A model generated the notes under the pieces. That model was not told the origin of the DNA. It ran no database searches and saw only the letters and a program-made list of their open reading frames with translations. A program made the position numbers and the translations under genes. A stretch of 46,826 nucleotides of DNA, from assembly GCA_905233855.1 (NCBI GenBank), contig CAJOGA010000001.1, positions 1 to 46,826 on the forward strand, written 5' to 3'. Origin of the DNA: an uncultured Clostridia bacterium (GTDB taxonomy: Bacteria > Bacillota > Clostridia > UBA1381 > CAJOGA01). Below, one piece after another: positions 9,027-18,833 of this stretch (position 1 is its first letter; each line of letters opens with the position of its first letter).

Positions 9027-9051
9027 CAAAAATTTAAGGGGGTAAAACAAA

Positions 9052-11127
9052 TTGAACAGTTTTTCATCGGAAAATATCAGAAATATTGTGTTGCTGGGAC
9101 ACAGCAAGGCAGGAAAAACCACATTGACGGAAGCTATGCTGTTTAATGCGGGTGTTACAGACCGGCTGGGTTCTGTTGCAGACGGCACGACAGTATCGGA
9201 TTACGATCCTGAGGAAATCAAGCGTAAAATTTCGATAAGCACCGCTTTTGCACCTTTTGAATGGAAGGGAAATAAGTTTAATATAATTGATACTCCGGGG
9301 TATTTTGATTTTGTCGGAGGCGTGCAGGAGGGCTTAAGAGCGGCAGACGCCGCACTTATCGTGCTGAGCGGACGCAGCGGCGTTTCTGTCGGAACAGAAA
9401 AGGCTTGGGACGCCGTTAAAGACCGTAATATGCCGGTTATGTTCTTTGTTAATAAGCTGGATGACGAAAGGGCAAATTACCAGGAAACGCTGGAACAGAT
9501 GAAGGAGAAGTTCTCCAAATCTGTCGCACCGTTTGTATATCCTATCAAAGAGGGCGATAAATTCCGTGGGTTCGTTGACATAATAGACCATACGGCAAGA
9601 CGTTACGAGGGTACCGAAAGGGTGGATATACCTGTTCCGGAAGGCATGGAAGATGTTATCGCTCCGTTGCGTGATATGATCATGGAAGCCGTTGCGGAAA
9701 CAAGCGAAGAGCTGATGGATAAATACTTTGCCGGCGAAGAGTTTACCTTCGACGAGATAAAGCAAGCCATACGAAAGGGCGTTAAAGAAGGAACGATATT
9801 GCCTGTATATTGCGGCTCCGCACAGGACAATGTCGGCGTTTTGAGCCTTATGGACAGTATCGGAAAGTATCTTGACGGTGCGGATGCTGTAGACGTTGCG
9901 GCTGTTGACGCCAAAACAGGAGACGTAGTTGAACTAAAACCGGTTGCCGACGAAGCAATGTCTGCAATTGTATTCAAAACGGTTGCCGACCCGTACGTGG
10001 GCAAAATGTCTGTGTTCAGAGTTGTGTCCGGAAAGATAAAGAGCGATTCGGTTGTTTATAATCCGAACACACAAACGGAAGAAAAAATAGGTAAAATATA
10101 TATGCTCAGGGGCAAAAAACAGATAGAAGTTCCGGAAGTATCGGCGGGCGATATTGCGTCGGTAACAAAGCTGGTTAATACAAACACAGGCGACACATTG
10201 TGTTCCGTTTCCAAACCTGTTATTTTGGAGGGTATAGATTTTCCTGAACCTGTTTTGTCAATGGCTGTTACACCGCTTGCCAAAGGTGATGAAGAAAAGA
10301 TAAGTCAAGGTCTTACAAAGCTTTTGGATGAGGATTTAACATTCAAAATAAAAAACAATACCGAAACCAAACAGCTTATAATCTCCGGTCAGGGCGATCA
10401 GCATATAGATGTCATCATCAGCAAGTTAAAGGCTAAATTCGGTGTTAATGTGAAGCTTGAAGAGCCTGTTGTGGCATATCGCGAGACAATACGCGGCAAG
10501 GCAAAGGTTGAAGGCAAACATAAAAAGCAATCCGGCGGACACGGTCAATACGGTCATGTATGGATTGAATTTGAGCCGGGCGATACCGAAGAACTGACAT
10601 TCTGCGAACAGGTATTCGGCGGTGCAGTGCCTAAGAATTTCTTCCCGGCTGTTGAAAAAGGCTTGAGAGAATGTATGCAGAACGGTGTTTTGGCAGGATA
10701 TCCTATGGTTAATGTCAAAGCTACGTTGTTAGACGGTTCATATCACCCTGTAGACTCATCCGAAATGGCATTTAAGGTTGCGGCATCGCTTGCATATAAG
10801 GCAGGAATACCTCAGGCTAAGCCTGTACTTTTGGAGCCTGTCGGCATGTTGAAAACGTATGTGCCGGACGAAATAACCGGTGATGTTATAGGCGATATAA
10901 ATAAGCGTCGCGGACAGATTATGGGCATGGGTGCGTCGGAGATAAAAGGCCTAAGCCTTATAGAAGCTGAAGTGCCTGTGGCTGAAATGTTCAAGTATGC
11001 AACAGATTTGCGTTCCATGAGCCGCGGTAAAGGCAAATTTACCTTTGAATTTTTGCGTTATGATGAGGCTCCGGCAAACGTAACCGAAAAGGTTAAAGCA
11101 GAGGCTGCCGCAAAAAGAGAAGAATAG
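9052..11127 (+). CDS. Elongation factor G-like protein (EF-G2 paralog)
   Basis: Full-length EF-G architecture (691 aa) with GHSKAGKTT, DTPGYFDF, NKLD, KKQSGGHGQYGHV and DGSYHPVDSSEMAF. TTG start. Not in an rpsL-rpsG-fusA-tuf operon. Confidence 0.93.
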   Translation: MNSFSSENIRNIVLLGHSKAGKTTLTEAMLFNAGVTDRLGSVADGTTVSDYDPEEIKRKISISTAFAPFEWKGNKFNIIDTPGYFDFVGGVQEGLRAADAALIVLSGRSGVSVGTEKAWDAVKDRNMPVMFFVNKLDDERANYQETLEQMKEKFSKSVAPFVYPIKEGDKFRGFVDIIDHTARRYEGTERVDIPVPEGMEDVIAPLRDMIMEAVAETSEELMDKYFAGEEFTFDEIKQAIRKGVKEGTILPVYCGSAQDNVGVLSLMDSIGKYLDGADAVDVAAVDAKTGDVVELKPVADEAMSAIVFKTVADPYVGKMSVFRVVSGKIKSDSVVYNPNTQTEEKIGKIYMLRGKKQIEVPEVSAGDIASVTKLVNTNTGDTLCSVSKPVILEGIDFPEPVLSMAVTPLAKGDEEKISQGLTKLLDEDLTFKIKNNTETKQLIISGQGDQHIDVIISKLKAKFGVNVKLEEPVVAYRETIRGKAKVEGKHKKQSGGHGQYGHVWIEFEPGDTEELTFCEQVFGGAVPKNFFPAVEKGLRECMQNGVLAGYPMVNVKATLLDGSYHPVDSSEMAFKVAASLAYKAGIPQAKPVLLEPVGMLKTYVPDEITGDVIGDINKRRGQIMGMGASEIKGLSLIEAEVPVAEMFKYATDLRSMSRGKGKFTFEFLRYDEAPANVTEKVKAEAAAKREE

Positions 11128-11143
11128 TGATTTAACATAAGAT

Positions 11144-11190
11144 TTAAAAAAAGCGATTTTTGGTATAACTTCTAAAAATCGCTTTTTTAA
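11144..11190 (+). terminator. Intrinsic terminator after the EF-G paralog
   Basis: AAAAAAGCGATTTTT...AAAAATCGCTTTTTT. Confidence 0.8.
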
Positions 11191-11246
11191 ATGGTCGAAA
11201 AAAGCAGAAAAAAGAAAATTTATATATAGCTTTTTTTATAATTATA

Positions 11247-11293
11247 TGTTACAATACATGTTGGTGTATTTATGATAATTAAATTTTTAACAA
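11247..11293 (+). promoter_or_regulatory. Extended -10 promoter and Rex-like operator of the hydrogenase operon
   Basis: TGtTACAAT (11247-11255) and TAATTAA-ATTT-TTAACAA (11276-11293), two mismatches to clostridial TTGTTAA-N4-TTAACAA. Confidence 0.55.
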
Positions 11294-11351
11294 TCTTAGC
11301 ATGAACAGGTTAGAACCCAAAATTCTAAGTAACTTAAAGGAGGACTTATTA

Positions 11352-11843
11352 ATGAGCAACCAGGCAAAATACGTTTTTAAAGGAACGCCTGAACAAGAAC
11401 AAGAACTTTTAAAAGTTATCGACAAATACAAAAACACAGAAGGAGCTTTGATCCCTATATTGCACGAAGCACAGGAGATATACGGATATCTGCCTTTAGA
11501 GGTTCAGAAAATAGTATCGGAAAATGCTAACATACCTCTTGCTGAAATATACGGTGTAGTAACCTTTTACGCTCAATTTTCTTTGGTGCCTAAGGGTGAA
11601 TACAGTATAGCAGTCTGTCTGGGAACGGCTTGTTACGTTAAAGGTTCGGGAAACATTCTTGAAAAAATAAAAGAAAAACTTGGTATAGACGTTGGCGAAT
11701 GCAGCGAAGACGGAAAATTCTCGCTTGATGCAACACGTTGTATCGGAGCGTGCGGTCTTGCACCTGTTATGACCGTTAACGATGAGGTTTACGGCAGACT
11801 GGAAGTCAAAGACGTTGATAAAATATTAGAAAAATATATGTAA
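11352..11843 (+). CDS. hydC: [FeFe]-hydrogenase NuoE-like 2Fe-2S subunit (HydC/HndA)
   Basis: ALIPILHEAQEIYGYLP, VCLGTACYVKG and RCIGACGLAPV. Start ATG 11352 after AAGGAGGA. Confidence 0.93.
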   Translation: MSNQAKYVFKGTPEQEQELLKVIDKYKNTEGALIPILHEAQEIYGYLPLEVQKIVSENANIPLAEIYGVVTFYAQFSLVPKGEYSIAVCLGTACYVKGSGNILEKIKEKLGIDVGECSEDGKFSLDATRCIGACGLAPVMTVNDEVYGRLEVKDVDKILEKYM

Positions 11844-11845
11844 TT

Positions 11846-12409
11846 ATGAGAGAGTTATCACTTCATATACTTGATATTGTTCAAAATTCTATAACAGCCG
11901 GGGCAAAACTTGTTATTATTAATATTGTTGAAGATATAAACTTAGATGAACTTGTTATAGAAATAATAGATAACGGAAAAGGAATGGATGATGAAACGAT
12001 TAAGCGAGTGATGGATCCGTTCTATACAACGCGTACCACACGCAAGGTCGGACTTGGCATACCGCTTTTTAAAAACGCCGCACTTACAACCGGAGGAAAG
12101 TTTTATATAACAAGCCGGCAGGGCAGCGGAACAATCGAAACTGCGGTGTTCAAACACAGCAGTATAGACCGTCAGCCGATAGGCGATATGTCGCAAACAA
12201 TGCTTACACTTATGACCGGTAATGAAAATATAGACTTTTTATATTACCACAGATACGTAAGCGGTGAGCAGAATGATCAATTTATATTCGACACAAGGCA
12301 GATAAAGCAAGCACTTGGCGGTGCGGATGTAAATGTACCGGAAATTTATATGTGGATAAAAGAATATATACAAGAAGGAATCTCAAATTTATACGGAGGT
12401 GTGCAGTAA
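11846..12409 (+). CDS. Stand-alone histidine-kinase-like ATPase (HATPase_c/GHKL)
   Basis: N box LDIVQNS, G1 IIDNGKGM, F box DPFYTT and G2 GLGIPL. No HisKA or sensor domain. Confidence 0.85.
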   Translation: MRELSLHILDIVQNSITAGAKLVIINIVEDINLDELVIEIIDNGKGMDDETIKRVMDPFYTTRTTRKVGLGIPLFKNAALTTGGKFYITSRQGSGTIETAVFKHSSIDRQPIGDMSQTMLTLMTGNENIDFLYYHRYVSGEQNDQFIFDTRQIKQALGGADVNVPEIYMWIKEYIQEGISNLYGGVQ

Positions 12410-12780
12410 TGAAATCTTTGGCAGAATTGGAAGCATTGAGAAAATCAACTTTAGAGAAAATCAATTTAAGAAAAGAAGACGGAGACGGTGCAAGAGTTGT
12501 TGTCGGTATGGCAACATGCGGTATTGCGGCAGGTGCAAGACCTGTGCTTAACGCATTTATGGAGGAAATAGCAAAAAGAAATCTTGATAATGTTACGGTA
12601 ACACAAACAGGATGTATCGGTTTGTGTCAGTACGAGCCGATTGTTGAAATATATACACCGGGTCTTGAAAAAGTAACTTATGCAAAGGTTAAACCGGAAA
12701 TGGTTGCTCAAATTGTAACAGAGCATATTGTTAACGGAAAGCCTTGCAGCCAATATACTATCGGCAACGTTCAAAAGTAA
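12409..12780 (+). CDS. hydD: Thioredoxin-like (2Fe-2S) ferredoxin subunit (HydD/HndB)
   Basis: VGMATCGIAAGARPV and QTGCIGLCQYEP. ATG 12409 overlaps the upstream TAA (TAATG) and has a GGAGGT RBS. Confidence 0.88.
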   Translation: MKSLAELEALRKSTLEKINLRKEDGDGARVVVGMATCGIAAGARPVLNAFMEEIAKRNLDNVTVTQTGCIGLCQYEPIVEIYTPGLEKVTYAKVKPEMVAQIVTEHIVNGKPCSQYTIGNVQK

Positions 12781-12798
12781 TTTAGGAGGTCAGCTTAA

Positions 12799-14592
12799 AT
12801 GGAATTGTATAGAAGCCATGTGCTTGTCTGTGGCGGTACGGGGTGTACCTCTTCCAAGAGCCAGTTGGTTATGGAAAACATGGAGAAGTACATCAAAGAA
12901 TATAACCTTGATAAAGAGGTTAAAGTTGTAAAAACCGGTTGTTTCGGTCTCTGTGCCTTGGGCCCTGTAGTTGTAGTGTATCCTGAAGGTGCGTTTTACA
13001 GTATGGTAACTCCGGAAGACACCAAGGAAATTGTTGAAGAACATCTTTTAAAGGGAAGAATAGTAAAACGTTTGTTGTATTCTCCAACAGCTGAAGAAGA
13101 TGATATCAAATCTCTTAATGAGGTTGATTTCTATAAAAAGCAAAAACGTATCGCATTAAGAAACTGCGGTGTTATAAATCCTGAAATAATCGACGAATAT
13201 ATAGCGTTCGACGGTTACAAAGCTTTGGGTAAGGTGTTAACCGAAATGACACCTGAACAGGTTGTTAACGAAATAAAAGAATCGGGTTTACGCGGACGCG
13301 GCGGCGGCGGTTTCCCTACAGGTTTGAAATGGGATTTTACAGCAAAAGCTGTGGGCGATCAGAAATACGTTGCCTGTAACGCCGATGAAGGCGACCCGGG
13401 TGCATTCATGGACAGAAGTATATTGGAAGGCGATCCTCACAGCGTAATTGAGGCAATGGCTATTGCCGCTTATGCTGTTGGTGCAAACCAAGGTTATATA
13501 TACATCAGAGCGGAATATCCTATCGCTGTAAAACGTTTGCAGATAGCAATCGGTCAGGCAAGGGAATACGGTTTGTTGGGTAAAAACATCTTCGGTACCG
13601 ATTTCTGCTTTGACATTGATATACGTCTTGGTGCCGGTGCGTTTGTTTGCGGTGAAGAAACAGCACTTATGACATCTATCGAAGGCCATCGCGGTGAGCC
13701 GAGACCACGTCCTCCGTTCCCGGCTGTTAAAGGTTTGTTTGCAAAACCTACATTGCTCAACAATGTTGAGACGTACGCAAATATTCCTGTAATAATCAAT
13801 AACGGTGCTAAATGGTTTGCTGAAATCGGTACAGAAAAAAGTAAAGGCACAAAGGTGTTTGCTCTCGGCGGCAAAATTGTGAACACAGGTCTTGTTGAAA
13901 TTCCTATGGGTACAACGTTGAGAGAGATCGTTGAAGAAATAGGCGGCGGCATACCGAACGGTAAAAAGTTCAAAGCTGCTCAGACAGGCGGACCTTCGGG
14001 CGGATGTATTCCTGCGTCGCTTATAGATACTCCTATTGACTATGACTCATTGATAAGCATAGGTGCAATGATGGGTTCCGGCGGTCTTATCGTAATGGAC
14101 GAAACAACATGTATGGTTGATATAGCTAAGTTCTTCCTTGAATTTACTGTTGATGAATCATGCGGTAAGTGTGCACCATGTCGTATCGGTACAAGAAGGA
14201 TGCTTGAAATATTGGAAAAGATAACGTCCGGCAAAGGTGAAATGGAAGATATTGAAAAGCTTAAGAAACTGGCAAACGGAATTAAAGCATCTGCACTTTG
14301 CGGACTCGGACAAACAGCACCTAACCCTGTTTTAAGCACATTGAGATATTTTGAAGATGAATATATAGCTCACGTTGTAGACAAGAAATGTCCTGCAGGC
14401 GTATGTAAAGACTTGCTGCAATACAAGATCAATCCTGAATTATGTAAGGGTTGCAGCTTGTGTGCAAGAAACTGTCCTGTACAGGCTATCAGCGGTCAGG
14501 TTAAATCTCCGTTCACTATCGACCCTGAGAAATGTATCAAATGTGGTGTCTGTGCATCTTCATGTAAGTTTAATGCTATAAGCAAGCAATAA
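12799..14592 (+). CDS. hydB: [FeFe]-hydrogenase NADH/FMN-binding NuoF-like subunit (HydB/HndC)
   Basis: GLRGRGGGGFPTG, NADEGDPGAFMDR, GAFVCGEETAL, GGPSGG, ESCGKCAPCRIG and two C-terminal 4Fe-4S motifs. Confidence 0.96.
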   Translation: MELYRSHVLVCGGTGCTSSKSQLVMENMEKYIKEYNLDKEVKVVKTGCFGLCALGPVVVVYPEGAFYSMVTPEDTKEIVEEHLLKGRIVKRLLYSPTAEEDDIKSLNEVDFYKKQKRIALRNCGVINPEIIDEYIAFDGYKALGKVLTEMTPEQVVNEIKESGLRGRGGGGFPTGLKWDFTAKAVGDQKYVACNADEGDPGAFMDRSILEGDPHSVIEAMAIAAYAVGANQGYIYIRAEYPIAVKRLQIAIGQAREYGLLGKNIFGTDFCFDIDIRLGAGAFVCGEETALMTSIEGHRGEPRPRPPFPAVKGLFAKPTLLNNVETYANIPVIINNGAKWFAEIGTEKSKGTKVFALGGKIVNTGLVEIPMGTTLREIVEEIGGGIPNGKKFKAAQTGGPSGGCIPASLIDTPIDYDSLISIGAMMGSGGLIVMDETTCMVDIAKFFLEFTVDESCGKCAPCRIGTRRMLEILEKITSGKGEMEDIEKLKKLANGIKASALCGLGQTAPNPVLSTLRYFEDEYIAHVVDKKCPAGVCKDLLQYKINPELCKGCSLCARNCPVQAISGQVKSPFTIDPEKCIKCGVCASSCKFNAISKQ

Positions 14593-14651
14593 TAACAACA
14601 CTTTTTGCATAACCTATCACAAAAAGAATTTATGGAAGGAGCCAACAACAA

Positions 14652-16385
14652 ATGGTTAATATAAAAATAAACGGTAAAGACTATTCTGTGGCAGAAGGCA
14701 CAACCGTTCTTGAAGCTGCAAGAAGTGTCGGAATTGATATACCAACATTATGCTATTTAAAAGGCGTTAATGAAATTGGTGCTTGCCGTATGTGTCTTGT
14801 TGAAGTAAAAGGAGCCAGAGCACTTCAGGCAGCGTGCGTATATCCTGTAAGCGAAGGTATGGAGGTTATGACAAACACTCCTGCCGTTAGAAATGCAAGA
14901 AAACTTAATTTGGAATTAATTCTTTCAACACATGACAGAAAATGTCTGACATGTGTGAGAAACAGAAACTGCGAGCTTCAGGCATTGGCCGACAATCTCG
15001 GCGTAACAGACATCGCATATGAAGGTATCAGAAATGAATATGACATTGACGAAATTTCTCCGTCAATCGTGCGTGATAACAACAAATGTATTTTGTGTAA
15101 ACGTTGTGTAAGCACATGTAAAAATGTTCAGACAGTCGCTGTTATTGACGCTAAAAACAGAGGCTTCAACACTGAAATAGGCTGTGCGTTTGATATGCCT
15201 CTTGCAGAAACTCCGTGTGTAAACTGCGGACAGTGTATCACAGCATGTCCTGTTGGTGCATTAAGAGAAAAATCCGATATCGACAGAGTATGGGCTGCGC
15301 TTGCAGACCCTGACAAGCACGTTGTTGTTCAAACAGCACCTGCTGTAAGAGCAGGCTTGGGTGAAGAATTTGACATGCCTATAGGCACGCCTGTAACCGG
15401 TAAAATGGCTAACGCTTTGAAACAAATCGGTTTTGACAAAGTGTTTGACACCGATACAGGTGCTGACCTGACAATCATGGAAGAAGGCACAGAAGTTATT
15501 GAAAGAATACAAAACGGCGGTAAGCTGCCTGTTATAACATCATGTAGTCCGGGTTGGGTTAAGTTCTGTGAACACAATTTCCCAGATTTTCTTGACAATT
15601 TGTCAAGTGCAAAATCTCCGCATGAGATGTTTGGTGCCGTTTTGAAAACATACTACGCACAAAAACAGGGAATAGACCCTAAAAATATCGTAGTTGTTTC
15701 TATCATGCCATGTACAGCTAAAAAGTTTGAAGCTCAAAGACCTGAACTTTCCAACGGCGATTTGCAGGATGTTGACATAGTTTTAACAACCAGAGAGCTT
15801 GGAAGAATGATAAAACAGGCAGGTATAGACTTTAAAAATATTGAAGATGCACCGTTTGATAATCCGTTTGGCGAAGCAACAGGTGCAGGCGTTATCTTTG
15901 GTGCAACCGGCGGTGTTATGGAAGCAGCGTTAAGAACGGTTGCTGAAGTGTTAACCGGTAAGTCTATTGAAAATTGCGACTATACCGATGTTCGCGGTAC
16001 AGACGGCATAAAGAGAGCAGAAATTAAGGTTGGCGATTTGACATTAAAAGCAGCTGTTGCACACGGCCTCGGCAATGCAAGAAAGTTGCTTGAAGCAATA
16101 AGAGAGGGTAAGGAAAATTACCACTTTGTTGAAATAATGGCATGTCCGGGCGGTTGTGTAACCGGCGGCGGTCAACCTATCAGAAGTGCTAAAGAGCGTA
16201 TGGATATAGACCTTAAAGCTGAAAGAGCAAAGGCTTTGTATTCGGAAGATATCAACTCTCAAATAAGAAAATCTCATGAAAACCCTGTTATCAAGAAATT
16301 GTATGACGAATTCTTTGAGAAACCGGGAAGTCATAAGGCTCATGAGTTGTTGCATACTCATTACGCTAAGAGAGAAAATTATTAA
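14652..16385 (+). CDS. hydA: [FeFe]-hydrogenase catalytic subunit, group A (HydA/HndD)
   Basis: H-cluster motifs TSCSPGW, MPCTAKKFE and EIMACPGGCVTGGGQP. N-terminal 2Fe-2S, His-ligated 4Fe-4S and 2x4Fe-4S motifs. Confidence 0.97.
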   Translation: MVNIKINGKDYSVAEGTTVLEAARSVGIDIPTLCYLKGVNEIGACRMCLVEVKGARALQAACVYPVSEGMEVMTNTPAVRNARKLNLELILSTHDRKCLTCVRNRNCELQALADNLGVTDIAYEGIRNEYDIDEISPSIVRDNNKCILCKRCVSTCKNVQTVAVIDAKNRGFNTEIGCAFDMPLAETPCVNCGQCITACPVGALREKSDIDRVWAALADPDKHVVVQTAPAVRAGLGEEFDMPIGTPVTGKMANALKQIGFDKVFDTDTGADLTIMEEGTEVIERIQNGGKLPVITSCSPGWVKFCEHNFPDFLDNLSSAKSPHEMFGAVLKTYYAQKQGIDPKNIVVVSIMPCTAKKFEAQRPELSNGDLQDVDIVLTTRELGRMIKQAGIDFKNIEDAPFDNPFGEATGAGVIFGATGGVMEAALRTVAEVLTGKSIENCDYTDVRGTDGIKRAEIKVGDLTLKAAVAHGLGNARKLLEAIREGKENYHFVEIMACPGGCVTGGGQPIRSAKERMDIDLKAERAKALYSEDINSQIRKSHENPVIKKLYDEFFEKPGSHKAHELLHTHYAKRENY

Positions 16386-16395
16386 ACCTATTAAT

Positions 16396-16426
16396 AGAAA
16401 GCCCGGCTATGGAGCCGGGCTTTCTT
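16396..16426 (+). terminator. Terminator of the hydrogenase operon
   Basis: AGAAAGCCCGGCT-atgg-AGCCGGGCTTTCTT. Confidence 0.85.
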
Positions 16427-16434
16427 ATACAACC

Positions 16435-16472
16435 AAAAAAAATCATCTTGCACAAAAATGTGCAAGATGATT
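16435..16472 (-). terminator. Terminator of the ftsH-DUF1858 transcript
   Basis: AATCATCTTGCACA...TGTGCAAGATGATT with a T-tract on the minus strand. Confidence 0.8.
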
Positions 16473-16489
16473 ACAATAGTTATTAAGTT

Positions 16490-16702
16490 TTACGCTTCTT
16501 TTGCGGCAAGAAAATCGTTTATCTTCTTAACCAAAGCATCAGGGTCTGTGTCGTGAACGGCACAAGCATCTTCGATTGACTCTCCGCTGGACGAAGGACA
16601 ACCCAAACAATGCATGCCCATTTCAAAGAAGAACTGAGCTGTTTCTGCGTCCATTTTTAACACATCCATTATAATCATGTCTTTTGTTACTGTTTTGCTC
16701 AT
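16490..16702 (-). CDS. DUF1858 / hybrid-cluster-protein-associated redox disulfide domain protein
   Basis: VTKDMIIMDVL...GMHCLGCPSSSGESIEDACAVH; GGAGGA RBS. Confidence 0.85.
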   Translation of the reverse strand: MSKTVTKDMIIMDVLKMDAETAQFFFEMGMHCLGCPSSSGESIEDACAVHDTDPDALVKKINDFLAAKEA

Positions 16703-16750
16703 AGCTTTACATCCTCCGTTATATATTTTTTAGCATACATAATGCCATGT

Positions 16751-18691
16751 TTAACTGTTTGAATTATCGGCTGAATCTGTGTTTGCAGATTCTGTAACCG
16801 TGTCCGCATCGCCGGATTCATCATCCGGTTTTGTCTGTTCAAACACACCGTTAAAAGCTTTTTCAAATTCTGCTGAATCTATAGTCTCTTTTTCAAGCAA
16901 TGCCTTTGCAACGTTGTGCAGCTTATCTATATTCTGGGTAAGCAATGTTACACATCTTTCGTACTGTTGTTCCACAATGTTACGTATCTCAACATCAATT
17001 TCTGCCGCAACCTGTTCGCTGTATATTTTTGAATGGCCAAAATCACGGCCTATAAACACTTCTTGCTGATTATCCAACGATACAGGACCGATAGCGTCGC
17101 TCATACCGTATCGTGTTACCATAGCTCTTGCAATTTCCGTGGCACGTTGCAAATCGTTTGATGCACCCGTGCTTATATCGTCTAACACGAGACTTTCAGC
17201 CACACGTCCGGCAAGCAGGATAACAATGTTGTCCAACATTTCGTTTTTGGACATATACGAATGGTCTTCCTCAGGCAGATGCATTGTGAAACCGCCTGCT
17301 CTGCCACGCGGAATTATTGACACCTGATGCACCTTTTCTTTTGACGGCATCAGTTTTGTTATAACGGCATGACCTGCTTCGTGGTATGCAGTCAGCTTCT
17401 TTTCCTTGTCGTTGATTATTCTGGATTTTTTCTCGGTACCCATCATAACCCTTATTATAGCTTTGTCAAAATCCTCCATATTTATTTCGGATTTATTCTT
17501 TCTTGCAGCCAGAATAGCCGCTTCATTTACTATATTGGCAAGGTCCGCACCGGTAAAGCCGACAGTAGTTTTTGCTATAACGTCAAGATTTACATCGCTT
17601 GCCAAAGGTTTGTTGGTAGTGTGAACCTTAAGTATTGCTTCGCGGCCTTTAACATCCGGCACGTCAACCAATATCTGACGGTCGAATCTTCCCGGACGCA
17701 AAAGTGCACTGTCCAAGATATCTGCTCTGTTTGTTGCGGCAATTACGATAACTCCTTCGTTAACACCAAAACCGTCCATTTCCACAAGTAACTGGTTAAG
17801 TGTTTGCTCGCGTTCGTCATGTCCGCCGCCGAGGCCTGCACCTCTCTGACGTCCGACAGCGTCGATTTCATCTATGAATATAATACTTGGGCGGTTCTTT
17901 TTGGCTTGTTCAAATAAGTCTCTTACTCTTGACGCACCAACACCGACATAAAGCTCCACAAAATCAGAACCGCTTATGCTGAAGAACGGAACACCCGCTT
18001 CACCGGCAACAGCCTTTGCCAGCAGGGTTTTACCTGTTCCCGGAGGGCCCACCAGCAACACGCCTTTAGGTATTCTTGCACCTATATCGGTGAAACGTTT
18101 CGGGTTTTTCAAAAATTCAACAACTTCAACGAGTTCTGCCTTTTCTTCATCGGCACCTGCAACATCGTTGAAGGTTACCTTTTTTTTGCCGTCGTCTCCG
18201 GCTATTTTAGCACGGCTTTTTGTGAAAGCGTTGCCTCTGCCGCCGGCCTGTTGATTCATTATGAATGTCCAGCCGACTAAAACAATACCCACGAGGAATA
18301 ACGGTCCCAACAACGACATCCACCATGGCTGCGGTTTTGACGGATTTGCGGTATAGTTGGTTATAGTTCCGTCTTTTACCTGACGCAAGATGGTTTCACC
18401 AAGGTCTTGATGGAATATCTCGTATGACGGAATATCAACCTCCATGCGATTTACTTTATAGTTCCCGTCCGGCAATTTTTCAACCGGTTTTGACGGATCG
18501 CCCAAAACGGCAACTGCCACATTATCGCTCACTGTAAGTTCTGTAACGTGTCCGGCTTCAACTTCGCGGATAAGGTCGGAATATTTTTTCTGGTTATTGT
18601 TTTGAACCCATGAATCCAACGCCATCCATGCAATAAAAACAATAAGCATTATGCTTATCCATATACTGAAATTTTTTAAGTATTTTTGCAA
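16751..18691 (-). CDS. ftsH: ATP-dependent zinc metalloprotease FtsH
   Basis: Two TM helices, [26 protein letters not shown] and HEAGH. Probable TTG start at 18691 after GGAGTG. Confidence 0.97.
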   Translation of the reverse strand: MQKYLKNFSIWISIMLIVFIAWMALDSWVQNNNQKKYSDLIREVEAGHVTELTVSDNVAVAVLGDPSKPVEKLPDGNYKVNRMEVDIPSYEIFHQDLGETILRQVKDGTITNYTANPSKPQPWWMSLLGPLFLVGIVLVGWTFIMNQQAGGRGNAFTKSRAKIAGDDGKKKVTFNDVAGADEEKAELVEVVEFLKNPKRFTDIGARIPKGVLLVGPPGTGKTLLAKAVAGEAGVPFFSISGSDFVELYVGVGASRVRDLFEQAKKNRPSIIFIDEIDAVGRQRGAGLGGGHDEREQTLNQLLVEMDGFGVNEGVIVIAATNRADILDSALLRPGRFDRQILVDVPDVKGREAILKVHTTNKPLASDVNLDVIAKTTVGFTGADLANIVNEAAILAARKNKSEINMEDFDKAIIRVMMGTEKKSRIINDKEKKLTAYHEAGHAVITKLMPSKEKVHQVSIIPRGRAGGFTMHLPEEDHSYMSKNEMLDNIVILLAGRVAESLVLDDISTGASNDLQRATEIARAMVTRYGMSDAIGPVSLDNQQEVFIGRDFGHSKIYSEQVAAEIDVEIRNIVEQQYERCVTLLTQNIDKLHNVAKALLEKETIDSAEFEKAFNGVFEQTKPDDESGDADTVTESANTDSADNSNS

Positions 18692-18833
18692 ATGTTTCAC
18701 TCCAATCAATTTGTTTTGGAAATATCTAACATCATATCACATTTGAAATAAAAAAACAACTGATAAATTGTGAATAAGATATGAACATACAATAATCATT
18801 GTCAGAATTAGCTTTTTTAATACATATGAGATA

